Shown: positions 19,468-29,589, counted from the first letter of the stretch. The stretch: DNA of 64,000 bases from Alphaproteobacteria bacterium (GCA_965232515.1 CBDDPY010000002.1:5888001-5952000), one strand, 5' to 3'. Made by a program: numbers and translations. Notes: generated from the letters alone by a model not told the origin.

Positions 19468-20715
19468 ATGGCGGCTGAGGCGTCGATCCTGCATGCGGAT
19501 CTCGATGCGTTTTATGCGTCGGTGGAGCAGCTGCTCGATCCGGCGTTGCGGGGGCGGCCGATCGCGGTGGGGGGTGGCGTGGTGCTGGCGGCGTCGTATG
19601 AAGCGAAGGCGTTCGGGGTGCGGAGCGGCATGGCCGGGCGGCGGGCGCGGGCGCTGTGTCCGGAGCTGCATTTCGTGCCGGGGCGGTTCAAGGAGTATCA
19701 GCGGCTGGGCGATGCGGCGATCGGCGTGCTGGGGGATTTCACGCCTGATGTGGAGCGGATCTCGATCGACGAGGCCTTTGCCGACGTGGCGGGCTCGGTG
19801 CATCTGTTCGGGGCGCCGGAAGCGATGGCGGCGGCGATCCGTCGGCGCGTGCGGGTGGAGGTGGGGCTGCCGATCTCGCTCGGCGTGGCGGCGACCAAGC
19901 ACCTGGCGAAGATCGCCTCGCAGGTGGCGAAGCCTGACGGGCTGGTCGTGGTGCCGGCCGGGACGGAGCGGGACTTTCTGCGCGACTTGCCGGTCGAGCT
20001 GATGTGGGGCGTGGGGCCGGTGGTGCGGGCGCGCCTCGCCGAGATGGGTGTCACCACCATCGGCGAGCTGGCGGCGACGCCGGGCTGGTCACTGGAACGC
20101 ATCCTCGGCCGGGCCGTCGGCGCTAAGCTGGCGGCGCTGGCGGTGAACCGGGATCCGCGCGCCGTCGTGACGCGACATCGCGCGCGGTCGGTCGGCGCGC
20201 AGTCGGCGCTCGGCCGCAAGCCCGCTGTTCAACACGTGATCCGGCCAACGTTGCTGCACCTCGCCGACCGCGTCACCTCGCGCCTGCGGGCGAAGTCGCG
20301 GGCCGGGCGGACGGTGACGGTCCGGGTCCGGTTCGCGGATCTGCACGCCGTGACGCGCGCCATCACGCTGCCCGCGGCGGTCTCGGCGACGGCGAGCCTC
20401 GCCGAGATCTCGGAAGACCTGGTGCGCGCGGCGCTGGCGGATCATCCCGAGGAGCGTGTCATCTCGCTCTTGGCGGTCTCGGTGTCGCATCTCGAACGCG
20501 ACCCGATGCTGCAGTTGGAGCTGCCGCTGCAGCTTGCCGACCGCAAGCGCCGGCCCGGCACCGCGCCCGGCGCCGCGCGGCTGACGGCCGACCGCGCCAT
20601 CGATGCGATCCGCGACCGCTTCGGGCGCGGGGCGATCGGCTATGGCTCGGTGGTGCTGGGCGACCGCCGCGCCGTGCCGGACGCGTTCCGCGAACTGGCC
20701 GAGAAGGCGCTGTGA
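19468..20715 (+). CDS. dinB: DNA polymerase IV
   Basis: ILHADLDAFYASVE, AASYEAK, SIDEAF and KPDG Y-family motifs. Confidence 0.93.
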   Translation: MAAEASILHADLDAFYASVEQLLDPALRGRPIAVGGGVVLAASYEAKAFGVRSGMAGRRARALCPELHFVPGRFKEYQRLGDAAIGVLGDFTPDVERISIDEAFADVAGSVHLFGAPEAMAAAIRRRVRVEVGLPISLGVAATKHLAKIASQVAKPDGLVVVPAGTERDFLRDLPVELMWGVGPVVRARLAEMGVTTIGELAATPGWSLERILGRAVGAKLAALAVNRDPRAVVTRHRARSVGAQSALGRKPAVQHVIRPTLLHLADRVTSRLRAKSRAGRTVTVRVRFADLHAVTRAITLPAAVSATASLAEISEDLVRAALADHPEERVISLLAVSVSHLERDPMLQLELPLQLADRKRRPGTAPGAARLTADRAIDAIRDRFGRGAIGYGSVVLGDRRAVPDAFRELAEKAL

Positions 20716-20766
20716 GCGCGGCGGCCGATATCGGGCGGGACCGTATCATTCGGCCGGGCGCAGCAA

Positions 20767-20780
20767 TTAACAATTGTCAA
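20767..20780 (+). promoter_or_regulatory. NNR/DNR (FNR-type) box
   Basis: TTAAC-aatt-GTCAA about 70 bp upstream of the norC start. Confidence 0.75.
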
Positions 20781-20848
20781 GGATTGGACGCCCGCGACGG
20801 CACATCCTGAGGCACCCAACAAGGGAAGCGCGGGATGGAGAGACGGTC

Positions 20849-21301
20849 ATGGGCGAAGGGCTGACCAAGTCGCAAGCGCGCAATATTTTCTACGGCGGCT
20901 CGTTGTTCTTCCTCGTCGTGTTCGTGGCCCTGACGGCGCACAGCCATCTCTATATCGTCAACGAGTCGACCGACAGCGCCGGCCTGACCGACGCGGTCGC
21001 GCGCGGCAAGGGCATCTGGGAAGAGCATTCCTGCATCAACTGCCACACGTTGCTCGGCGAGGGCGCCTATTTCGCGCCCGAGGTGGGCAACGTCTGGGTG
21101 CGCTATGGCGGGCCGGATGACCCCGAGGGCGCGCGAGAGGCCCTGAAGGCGTGGATGCAGTCGCAACCCACGGGCATCGAGGGCCGGCGCCAGATGCCGC
21201 AGTTCAACCTGAGCGACCGGGAACTTGACGACCTGATCGATTTCTTCGAGTGGACCAGCCGGATCGACACCCAGGGCTGGCCGCCCAACGACGCCGGCTG
21301 A
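20849..21301 (+). CDS. norC: Nitric oxide reductase subunit C
   Basis: ARNIFYGGS anchor, CINCH, GEGAYFAPE and RRQMPQF motifs. Confidence 0.96.
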   Translation: MGEGLTKSQARNIFYGGSLFFLVVFVALTAHSHLYIVNESTDSAGLTDAVARGKGIWEEHSCINCHTLLGEGAYFAPEVGNVWVRYGGPDDPEGAREALKAWMQSQPTGIEGRRQMPQFNLSDRELDDLIDFFEWTSRIDTQGWPPNDAG

Positions 21302-21314
21302 GGGGGTGACGGAC

Positions 21315-22658
21315 ATGAAATACGAAAGCCAGAAGATCGCTTTCTACTACTTCCTGGCGGCGATGATCCTGTTCGTGGCGCAGGTCACGTTCGGGCTGGT
21401 CGCGGGCTACATCTATATCGACCCGAATTTCCTCAGCGAGATCCTGCCCTTCAACATCGTGCGCATGATCCACACCAACTCGCTGATCGTGTGGCTGCTG
21501 CTCGGGTTTTTCGGGGCCGCGTATTACCTGATTCCGGACGAGGCGGAGCGCGACATCCACAGTCCGCTGCTGGCCTATGTGCAGCTCGCCATTCTGCTGG
21601 TTGGCGCCGCCGGCGCCGTGATCGGCTATCTGTTCGGCATTCACGAGGGCCGCGAGTTTCTCGAGCAGCCGCTCTGGGTCAAGCTCGGCATCGTGGTCGC
21701 CGCCCTGATCTTCCTGTTCAACGTCACCATGACCTTCCTGAAGGGCCGCAAGACCGCCATCACCAACATCCTGCTGCTTGGCCTCTGGGGCATCGCGCTG
21801 TTCTTCCTGTTCGCGCTCTACACCCCGGTCAACCTGGGCCTCGACAAGCTCTACTGGTGGTACGTGGTCCATATCTGGGTCGAAGGCGTGTGGGAGCTGG
21901 TGATGGCCTCGATCCTGGCCTATCTGATGCTGAAGCTGACCGGCGTCGACCGCGAGGTCGTCGAGAAGTGGCTCTACGTGATCGTCGCCAGCGCGCTGTT
22001 CAGCGGTTTGCTGGGCACCGGGCACCACTACTACTGGATCGGCACGCCCGCCTACTGGCAATGGCTCGGCTCGATCTTCTCGACCCTCGAGGTGGTGCCG
22101 TTTTTCCTGATGGTGGTCTTCGTCTTCACCATGGTCTGGAAGGGCGGCCGGGACCATCCGAACAAGGCGGCGCTGCTGTGGGCGCTCGGCTGCGCGACCC
22201 TGGCGTTCTTCGGGGCCGGCGTCTGGGGCTTCATGCACACCATTTCGACGATCAACTATTACACGCACGGCACCCAGGTGACGGCCGCCCACGGTCACCT
22301 CGCGTTCTTCGGCGCCTATGTGTCGCTGAACCTGGCGATCTTCACCTACGCCATGCCGTATCTGCGCGGACGCGAACCCTACAATCAGGTGCTCAACATG
22401 GTCAGCTTCTGGCTGATGTCGGGGGGCATGGCGTTCATGACCTTCACGCTGACCTTCGCCGGCGTGCTGCAGACGCATCTGCAGCGGGTCAACGGCGAAT
22501 ACTTCATGGACGTCCAGGATCAGCTGCATCTGTTCTATCAGATGCGGCTCGGCTCGGGCGTGGTGGTGGTTCTGGGCGCCCTGATCTTCCTCTACGCCAT
22601 CCTGGTGCCGCATTCGCGCGAGGTGATCGCGGCGCGGCGGCCGGCCGAACAGGTCTGA
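21315..22658 (+). CDS. norB: Nitric oxide reductase subunit B
   Basis: RMIHTN, VVHIWVEGVWEL, GTGHHYYW and AAHGHLAF motifs. Confidence 0.97.
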   Translation: MKYESQKIAFYYFLAAMILFVAQVTFGLVAGYIYIDPNFLSEILPFNIVRMIHTNSLIVWLLLGFFGAAYYLIPDEAERDIHSPLLAYVQLAILLVGAAGAVIGYLFGIHEGREFLEQPLWVKLGIVVAALIFLFNVTMTFLKGRKTAITNILLLGLWGIALFFLFALYTPVNLGLDKLYWWYVVHIWVEGVWELVMASILAYLMLKLTGVDREVVEKWLYVIVASALFSGLLGTGHHYYWIGTPAYWQWLGSIFSTLEVVPFFLMVVFVFTMVWKGGRDHPNKAALLWALGCATLAFFGAGVWGFMHTISTINYYTHGTQVTAAHGHLAFFGAYVSLNLAIFTYAMPYLRGREPYNQVLNMVSFWLMSGGMAFMTFTLTFAGVLQTHLQRVNGEYFMDVQDQLHLFYQMRLGSGVVVVLGALIFLYAILVPHSREVIAARRPAEQV

Positions 22659-22686
22659 ACCGCAGCGCCAGGCACGGAGCCCGGTC

Positions 22687-23490
22687 ATGCCTCTCTCCGA
22701 CCGCGCGGCGAATGCGGCGCCGCCCTTCTACCTGCCGATCGGCGACGAATGCGAGGTCTTCGAGCGCGCCTATGAGATGCGCCTGCCGTTGCTGCTGAAG
22801 GGACCGACGGGCTGCGGCAAGACCCGCTTCGTCGCCCACATGGCGGCCCGGCTGGGGTTGCCGCTGGGCACGGTCGCCTGCCATGACGACCTGACCGCCG
22901 CCGATCTGACCGGCCGTTACCTGCTGCAGGGCGGCGAGACCGTGTGGATCGACGGCCCACTGACCCGGGCCGTGCGCAACGGCGGCATCTGCTATCTCGA
23001 CGAGGTGGTCGAGGCGCGCAAGGACGTGACCGTCGTGCTGCATCCCCTGACCGACGACCGGCGAATGCTGCCGCTGGACCGCACCGGCGAGGTGCTGCAG
23101 GCGCCGCCCGACTTCATGCTCGTGGTGTCCTATAACCCGGGCTACCAGAGCATCCTGAAGACCCTGAAGCCGAGCACGCGGCAGCGGTTCCTGGCGCTCG
23201 AATTCGACTTCCCGCCGCCCGAGCACGAGGCCGCGATCGTCGCCGACGAGAGCGGCCTGAAGTTGGAACGCTGCCGGCCGCTGGTGCAACTGGCCGGGCG
23301 GCTGCGCGCGCTCAAGGGGCAGGACCTGGAGGAAGGCGTCTCCACCCGCCTGCTGATCTACTGCGCCAGCCTGATCGCCCAGGGCATGAAGCCCGAGCTG
23401 GCCGTCCGCGCCGCCCTGATCGAGCCGATGACCGACGATCCGGACGTCAAGGCCGGTCTCGTCGATCTGGTGGTCGCGGTGCTTGGCTGA
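22687..23490 (+). CDS. norQ: NorQ (CbbQ/NirQ) AAA ATPase
   Basis: GPTGCGKT, YLDEVVEAR and KPSTRQRF motifs. Confidence 0.96.
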   Translation: MPLSDRAANAAPPFYLPIGDECEVFERAYEMRLPLLLKGPTGCGKTRFVAHMAARLGLPLGTVACHDDLTAADLTGRYLLQGGETVWIDGPLTRAVRNGGICYLDEVVEARKDVTVVLHPLTDDRRMLPLDRTGEVLQAPPDFMLVVSYNPGYQSILKTLKPSTRQRFLALEFDFPPPEHEAAIVADESGLKLERCRPLVQLAGRLRALKGQDLEEGVSTRLLIYCASLIAQGMKPELAVRAALIEPMTDDPDVKAGLVDLVVAVLG

Positions 23491-23505
23491 CGGGAAACCG
23501 CGCCG

Positions 23506-25437
23506 ATGCCTTCGTTCAGGATCTTCGAACCGGAGGAAACGGTCGGGACGTTCTGGCATCGCGTGGCGGGCGACCTCGACGCCGCGCCGACCTTCCCCGA
23601 CGCCGAGATCACGCTGGACGCGGTGCGCGACCGGCTCGCGGTTACCTTCCGCGGCCTCGGCGGCAGTGCGCTCGCCGAGTTGCGGCCGGTGCCGCTGGAA
23701 ACCTCGCAGCATCGCCTGTCCTGGCGCCGCCAGCTCGGCCGCGCCCACGAGCGCCAGGCGACGGCGCGGTTCGACGGCGAGATCCTGTTCCTGCCGCCGA
23801 GCCTCGCGGTCTTCCCGGATCCGGACCTGAACCGCCGGCTCTACCTTTGGCTGATCGCCTGGTGCGTTTGCGCCAAGGCGCAGCGGTCGCCTGCCGGCGA
23901 TCCGCTGCAGGCCGATGTCTTTCGGATCCGCCGCGCCTGGGTCACGACGGCGCGCTGCCTCCGCCGCTTCCCCGGTCTGCGGCCGATCTATCGGTCGCTG
24001 GCCGACGCCTATCTGCCGTTGCGACCGCGGCGTCGGTTGCCGGCGGCCGAGAGCCGTATCGAGGCTGGAGTGCGGGACCTGCTCGGCCAGCACCCTTTCG
24101 CGGGCGACGCGCCGGGCCGCCGGTCGCCGGCCGGATCGCCGTGGCCGCGCGTCGCCGCCGCGCCCGGTTATCGCCCTTTCCTGCCGGTGCCGCTATGGGC
24201 GGAACGGTGCGAACGGCCGGCGCTCGACCGCAACCGACGCCAGGAGCAGGCGGACGACTCCGCGGCCGGTGGCGCGCAAGATGGCGAGGCCGCGGTCAAG
24301 GCGAAGCGGCAGAACGGCGACGAGGCCGAGCGCAAGGACTCGCTGATCCTGCACCGCTTCGAGTCGATCCTGTCGTGGGCCGAATTCCTGAACCTGAACC
24401 GCGCGGTCGAGGACGACGACGCGGCGAACGCCAAGCGGGCGGCCGAGGATCAGGACGAACTGAGCCTGGTCGTGCAGCGCCGGCGCCCGGCCACGCGGCT
24501 GGCGTTCGATCTGGATTTGGCGCCGCAGGATGTCGAGCGGGAACGGCTCGCCGGCGCCGAGGTCTATCCCGAGTGGGATTATCGCGCGGGCGCCTATCTG
24601 CCCGATCACGCCCGGGTTCTCGTCAGCGACGTGGCGGACGCCGAAAGCACCGACATCGTGCCCTTCGATGCGGCGGCGCGCCGGCGCATCGCCGCGGTCC
24701 GGCGTCGTTTCGAGGCGCTGCGCCCGCGACGTCAGATGCGGCCGCGCCAGCTCGATGGCGACGAGCTTGACCTCGACGCCGTCGTGCGGGCCCGAAGCGA
24801 CTATCTGGCGACCGGCGAGATCAGCAATCGCCTCTACCGTCAGGCCCGAACCGAAGACCGGGATCTGGCGGTTCAGGTCCTGCTCGACGCCTCGCGGTCG
24901 ACCGAGAGCTACATCGACAACCGGCAGGTCCTGGACATCGAGAAGGAGGCGCTGGCCGCGTTCGCCCATGGCCTGGAGGCGTGCGGCGACGACGTGGCGA
25001 TTTGCGCCTTCTCGTCATTGAAGCGTCAGCGCGTGTTCCTGCAGACCGTGAAGCGTTTCGATCAGGCCATGGATCGGCGGGTGGAGGCGCGCATCGCCGC
25101 CCTGCGTCCGGGCTTCTACACGCGGCTGGGCGCCGCCCTGCGCCATGCCACGACGGCGTTGAGCCTGCGCGCCAAGCAGAAGCGGCTGCTGCTGGTGCTG
25201 ACCGACGGCAAGCCCAACGACCTCGACCATTACGAGGGCCGGTACGGCGTCGAGGACACGCGCCGGGCGGTCCTGGAGGCGCGGCGGGCGGGGCATGCGG
25301 TCTTCGCCGTCACGGTCGACGGCAAGGCCCGCGGCTATATCCCCCGCATATTCGGCCGCGGCGGCTTCACGATCGTCGGCCATCCGGACCGGCTGACCAG
25401 CGCGCTACCGGCGATCTACCGGCAACTGGTCGATTGA
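23506..25437 (+). CDS. norD: NorD VWA-domain protein
   Basis: YPEWDY, LLDASRST (MIDAS) and LTDGKPNDLDHYEGRYG motifs. Confidence 0.95.
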   Translation: MPSFRIFEPEETVGTFWHRVAGDLDAAPTFPDAEITLDAVRDRLAVTFRGLGGSALAELRPVPLETSQHRLSWRRQLGRAHERQATARFDGEILFLPPSLAVFPDPDLNRRLYLWLIAWCVCAKAQRSPAGDPLQADVFRIRRAWVTTARCLRRFPGLRPIYRSLADAYLPLRPRRRLPAAESRIEAGVRDLLGQHPFAGDAPGRRSPAGSPWPRVAAAPGYRPFLPVPLWAERCERPALDRNRRQEQADDSAAGGAQDGEAAVKAKRQNGDEAERKDSLILHRFESILSWAEFLNLNRAVEDDDAANAKRAAEDQDELSLVVQRRRPATRLAFDLDLAPQDVERERLAGAEVYPEWDYRAGAYLPDHARVLVSDVADAESTDIVPFDAAARRRIAAVRRRFEALRPRRQMRPRQLDGDELDLDAVVRARSDYLATGEISNRLYRQARTEDRDLAVQVLLDASRSTESYIDNRQVLDIEKEALAAFAHGLEACGDDVAICAFSSLKRQRVFLQTVKRFDQAMDRRVEARIAALRPGFYTRLGAALRHATTALSLRAKQKRLLLVLTDGKPNDLDHYEGRYGVEDTRRAVLEARRAGHAVFAVTVDGKARGYIPRIFGRGGFTIVGHPDRLTSALPAIYRQLVD

Positions 25438-25603
25438 CCATCGGCCCGCCCGCTGACATGGCGGCGTTCTAATTGAGAGGAAAACGCGGCAAGGCGACGT
25501 AAGATAGCCGCCGCCGTCGAGGTTGTTGGGGGAGCCCGGCGCCGTTCCCCGAAGAGGGCAGACAACGGTAATTGTAGGCGTGCCGGTCCATGGCCGGCCC
25601 TAA

Positions 25604-26680
25604 ATGGGGGAGGAAGTGGTGAAGATCGAAACTTTGTTGCCGCTGGGCAAGGTCGATCCGGGGCTGCGGGCGGCGGAACAGCCGTTGGATCTGGATGCGA
25701 TCGGGCGCGACGCCGAGCTCGTCGAGAGCCTGGGTTACGACCGCCTGGTGACGGAAGAGACGAAGGACGATCCGTTCGTGATCATGGGGCTCGCCGCCGC
25801 GGCGACGACGACGCTCGGCCTCGGCACGTCGGTCGCCATCGCCTTTCCGCGCAGCCCGGCGATCACGGCGATGTCTGCCTGGACGTTGCAGAAGCTGTCG
25901 AAGGGGCGGTTCTGCCTGGGCCTCGGGCCGCAGGTGCGCGGGCATATACAGCGCCGCTACGGCCTGACCTGGTCGCCGCCGGGGCCGTGGATGCGCGACT
26001 ATATCGGCGCGGTGCGGGCCATCTGGGACTGCTGGCAGAACGGCACGGCGCTGGATTATCAAAGCCAGCACTACAACATCAACCTGATGGTGCCGCTGTT
26101 CAATCCGGGACCGATCGCGCATCCGGAGATCCCGATCGTCGTCGCCGCCGTGGGCCCGCGGATGTGCGAGGCGGGCGGCGAGGTGGCCGACGGTATCAGA
26201 CCGCATCCGGTGTGCACGCCGAAATACATCGACGAGGTCATGCTGCCGGCCGTGCGCGCCGGCGCGGCGCGGTCGGGCCGGTCGCTCGACGGCTTCGAGA
26301 TCGCCATGAAGCCGCTGATCGCGACGGCGCCGACGGAGGAGATCCTGGCCGACCGCGTGCGCGATGCCCGCGCCCGCATCGCCTTCTACTGCTCGACGCC
26401 CGCTTATCGGAAGGCGTTCGAGATCCACGGATTGGGGGAACTCGCGGCCGAGCTCGCGGTGCTGTCGAAGGCCGGCCGCTGGGAGGAGATGCCGGACCGC
26501 ATCAGCGACGACGTGCTGCACGAATACGTCACGGTCGGCACCTATGACGAGATCGGCGACAAGCTGATCGAGCGCTTCGAGAACGTCGTCACCAGCGTCG
26601 AATTCTCGATCGCCGTCACCGGCGACGACGACAGGTCACGGCTGGCGGATCTGGTCGAGCGGCTGCACAGCGCGGCCTGA
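25604..26680 (+). CDS. LLM-class (putative F420-dependent) oxidoreductase
   Basis: GTSVAIAFPRSP, GRFCLGLGPQV and FYCSTPAY motifs; start may be GTG at 25616 or 25619. Confidence 0.82.
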   Translation: MGEEVVKIETLLPLGKVDPGLRAAEQPLDLDAIGRDAELVESLGYDRLVTEETKDDPFVIMGLAAAATTTLGLGTSVAIAFPRSPAITAMSAWTLQKLSKGRFCLGLGPQVRGHIQRRYGLTWSPPGPWMRDYIGAVRAIWDCWQNGTALDYQSQHYNINLMVPLFNPGPIAHPEIPIVVAAVGPRMCEAGGEVADGIRPHPVCTPKYIDEVMLPAVRAGAARSGRSLDGFEIAMKPLIATAPTEEILADRVRDARARIAFYCSTPAYRKAFEIHGLGELAAELAVLSKAGRWEEMPDRISDDVLHEYVTVGTYDEIGDKLIERFENVVTSVEFSIAVTGDDDRSRLADLVERLHSAA

Positions 26681-26712
26681 CGTTGCCGATTACGCACGTT
26701 GACGGACAAGCG

Positions 26713-27306
26713 CTATGCGCTGAGATGGCGAAGAAACAATTGCGCAGCCGGTGCGTCAGGCCAGGCGAGTAGTTCACCCTTGCAGGTGGGCTCTGTCCCG
26801 TAAACGAGCCATGGGTCGACGACTTCGCCAATCGTTTCCTCTACGCGGAACCTGTCCGGGTGCGCTTCCGCGTACCACAAGAGGGTGAGCCCGGAATCGT
26901 ATTTGCCGTTAAGCAGACCCTGCGCCACGGCAATCGTCGACGGTTCGGATACAAGCGCCTGCCAACGCGACGTATCCACGTACTCGCGCGTAGCCAGCTG
27001 CAGCCCTAGGCTCCTCGGCGCATCGACCTCCGAGCGTGTCAGAACCGCCATGGGCTGGCTGGGCGATATGAAGGTATCGATGATATGCGCCCGGCCACGA
27101 TAGCGCGCCACCGAACCGGTGACCGACGGATGAACGGCGACCTGGATCACGTGATGCGCATCCCCGCGCAGCATGGCGTCGAAGGCCGCGTCGAAATCCG
27201 CGAACAGCTCGACACGCGCCTCGTCGAGACCGTGGAACTCAAGATAGCGTTTGGCGACCCAGTCGTGATTGCTTCCCGCGGGTCCAAGGGTTCCGAAGAT
27301 CAACAT
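26713..27306 (-). CDS. Prephenate dehydratase-like catalytic domain without ACT domain (BacA-like)
   Basis: N-terminal GTLGPAGSNH resembles the PDT/BacA TLGP motif; 197 aa. Confidence 0.5.
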   Translation of the reverse strand: MLIFGTLGPAGSNHDWVAKRYLEFHGLDEARVELFADFDAAFDAMLRGDAHHVIQVAVHPSVTGSVARYRGRAHIIDTFISPSQPMAVLTRSEVDAPRSLGLQLATREYVDTSRWQALVSEPSTIAVAQGLLNGKYDSGLTLLWYAEAHPDRFRVEETIGEVVDPWLVYGTEPTCKGELLAWPDAPAAQLFLRHLSA

Positions 27307-27487
27307 GGATTGCGCCGCTCCTTCGTCGAGGTTCGACCCTACATCATGTCGTGCTGGCCGCTATAGGCGATACCGTGCGGACCTGCCTCTCGGCGTTTTT
27401 GCCGGGGACGTTTATTCTGGGTCGACGTTCGGGCCGGTTGGTAGGTCCTGGCCTCGACCGAACGAACGGAGCCAATGGGGAGCGATC

Positions 27488-28888
27488 ATGGCTGAGAGCT
27501 TGACAACACGGAACCTGCGCGAGGATTTGGCGTTTCGGCGCGGCGGTCTGCGCGAGGAGGAATTCGCGCAGGTCGATCCGTACGTGCGGGAGGCGTTGAG
27601 CGAGAACAAGCGGAACGGGCTGCTGCTGGCGGTGCGGGCGCGCTGGATCGCGCTTGCGATCACGGCGGTGATGATTCCCTTCATCAATCAGACCTGGGGC
27701 GTGCTCTACTATGAGGCGGCACTGCTCGGCTTTGCACTGATCGGCTGGGCGCAGTTGCGCGCCGGCCAGGTGACGCAGTCGCGGCGCGAGCTGTTGCTGA
27801 TCTTCTGCGACCTGGCGCTGATGACCTTCGTCATGGTCGTGCCCAATCCGTTCCGCGGCGACGACTGGCCCACGGCGTTCCAGTATCAATTGGCCGAATT
27901 CAGCTATTTCTACGTGCTGCTGGCGGCGGGTGCGCTCGCCTTCAGCTGGCGGACGTTATTCGCCTTCGGCACCTGGACCGCGGGCCTATGGCTGTCAGCC
28001 CTGGGGCTGGTCGCCGTGTTCGGCCGCGAGTTCCCCGAACTGTCGGAAAAGGCGGCGGTGGCGTTCGAAGGCTATGAGACGATCTTGGCGGTTCTCGACC
28101 CCAACGATCCGGGCACCCCCGCGCGCATCCAGGAAATCGTCATCTTCCTGATCGTCGCCGGTATCCTGGCGGTGATCGGGCGGCGCAACAATCAGCTGAT
28201 CTTCCGGCAGGCTGATGTCGCGCGGGAGCGGGCGAACCTCGCCCGGCACTTCCCGCCCAACATCGTCGACCGCATGGCCGAGCAGGACCAGCCGCTGGGC
28301 GCGGTGCGGTCGCAGAACGTCGCGGCGCTGTTCGTCGACATCGTCGGCTTCACGCGCATGGCCGAGCGGCAGTCGCCGGAGGCGGTGGTCGATATGCTGC
28401 GGGAATTCCATGCCCGCCTGGAAGCCCAGGTCTTCGAGCACGAAGGCACGCTCGACAAGTTCCTGGGCGATGGGCTGATGGCGACGTTCGGCACGCCGGA
28501 GCCCGGGCCGCGGGACGCCCGCAACGCGCTGCGCTGCGCCCGGGCCATGCTGGCCGACATCAACGACTGGAACGCCGAGCGTGAGGCCGCCGGCAACGCG
28601 CCGATCCGGGTCTCGATCGGCGTGCATTTCGGTCCGGTGGTGCTGGGCGATATCGGCTCGCACCGGCGGCTGGAATACGCGGTGCTGGGCGATACCGTGA
28701 ATGTCGCCAGCCGGCTGGAATATCTCACCCGCGAACTCGGCGTCCGCATGGCAGTGAGCGACGACCTGGTCACGGCCGTTCGCAATGGCGGCGAGGCGGA
28801 GACCGAGGCCGCGCTGTCGGATCTGCACCAGTCGGGACCGCAACAATTGCGCGGCCGCGACGAGCCCATCACCGTATGGACGCTGTAA
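27488..28888 (+). CDS. Membrane class III adenylate/guanylate cyclase (paralog 1)
   Basis: About 6 TM; FVDIVGFT, DKFLGDG and GDTVNVASRLE motifs. Confidence 0.9.
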   Translation: MAESLTTRNLREDLAFRRGGLREEEFAQVDPYVREALSENKRNGLLLAVRARWIALAITAVMIPFINQTWGVLYYEAALLGFALIGWAQLRAGQVTQSRRELLLIFCDLALMTFVMVVPNPFRGDDWPTAFQYQLAEFSYFYVLLAAGALAFSWRTLFAFGTWTAGLWLSALGLVAVFGREFPELSEKAAVAFEGYETILAVLDPNDPGTPARIQEIVIFLIVAGILAVIGRRNNQLIFRQADVARERANLARHFPPNIVDRMAEQDQPLGAVRSQNVAALFVDIVGFTRMAERQSPEAVVDMLREFHARLEAQVFEHEGTLDKFLGDGLMATFGTPEPGPRDARNALRCARAMLADINDWNAEREAAGNAPIRVSIGVHFGPVVLGDIGSHRRLEYAVLGDTVNVASRLEYLTRELGVRMAVSDDLVTAVRNGGEAETEAALSDLHQSGPQQLRGRDEPITVWTL

Positions 28889-28928
28889 GGCGACTGCCAG
28901 CGCCTTGAGCGCATGTTTGGGGCGGCGC

Positions 28929-29423
28929 GTGACAGAGAACATTACGTTTCGGTCATTTGAACCGGGCGATTTGCCCAGGCTGCAGGCGATCCGGGAAGCC
29001 GCTTTCAAGCCGGTGTTCCGGTCGTTCCGGGCCATCGTCGGCGAGGCGATCGCAAAGGTCGCGTTCGCCAGCGCGGAGCGGGAGCAGGCCGATCGGCTCG
29101 ACCGGGTCTGCGCCGCGGGCGCGTCGCACGACGTGTTCGTCGCCGTGCGCGGCGGGGAGATCGTGGCGTTCTGCGCGGTGTCTCTGGACCGGGACACCAT
29201 GGTCGGCGAGATCGATCTGAACGCGGTCCATCCCGATCACCAGGGCGATGGCATCGGCACCGCGATGTACGCCCTGGCGCTGGACCGCATGCGCGAGGCC
29301 GGCATGCGCGTCGCGACCGTGGGCACGGGCGGCGATGCAAGCCACGCGCCCGCGCGCCGCGCCTACGAGAAGGCCGGCTTCGGCCCGGCCATCCCCAGCC
29401 TCTATTTGTATCGGATGCTCTGA
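28929..29423 (+). CDS. GNAT-family N-acetyltransferase
   Basis: AVHPDHQGDGIG and ARRAYEKAGF motifs. Confidence 0.85.
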   Translation: MTENITFRSFEPGDLPRLQAIREAAFKPVFRSFRAIVGEAIAKVAFASAEREQADRLDRVCAAGASHDVFVAVRGGEIVAFCAVSLDRDTMVGEIDLNAVHPDHQGDGIGTAMYALALDRMREAGMRVATVGTGGDASHAPARRAYEKAGFGPAIPSLYLYRML

Positions 29424-29459
29424 GTCTATGGACGTGCCGGCGGGGGCCTGACGCGATGG

Positions 29460-29488
29460 TTGACGGGGCCGGCGAACGCGCTTAGCGT
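29460..29488 (+). promoter_or_regulatory. Putative sigma70 promoter for leader and MFS gene
   Basis: TTGACG-17 bp-TAGCGT. Confidence 0.5.
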
Positions 29489-29517
29489 GCGGGCCGAAAA
29501 CGCGGGAACACCTCAAA

Positions 29518-29565
29518 ATGAACACGACCATCATCGTAGTAGGAGATTGGCGCTTGGACCGGTAA
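29518..29565 (+). CDS. Putative attenuator leader peptide MNTTIIVVGDWRLDR
   Basis: 15-codon ORF between promoter and terminator upstream of Bcr/CflA gene. Confidence 0.6.
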   Translation: MNTTIIVVGDWRLDR

Positions 29566-29589
29566 CGGGCTCCAGACCGACTCCTTTGC

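Noticed and set aside
25470-25600. Possible riboswitch upstream of the LLM gene
   Set aside because: Only weak GC hairpins; no recognisable riboswitch consensus
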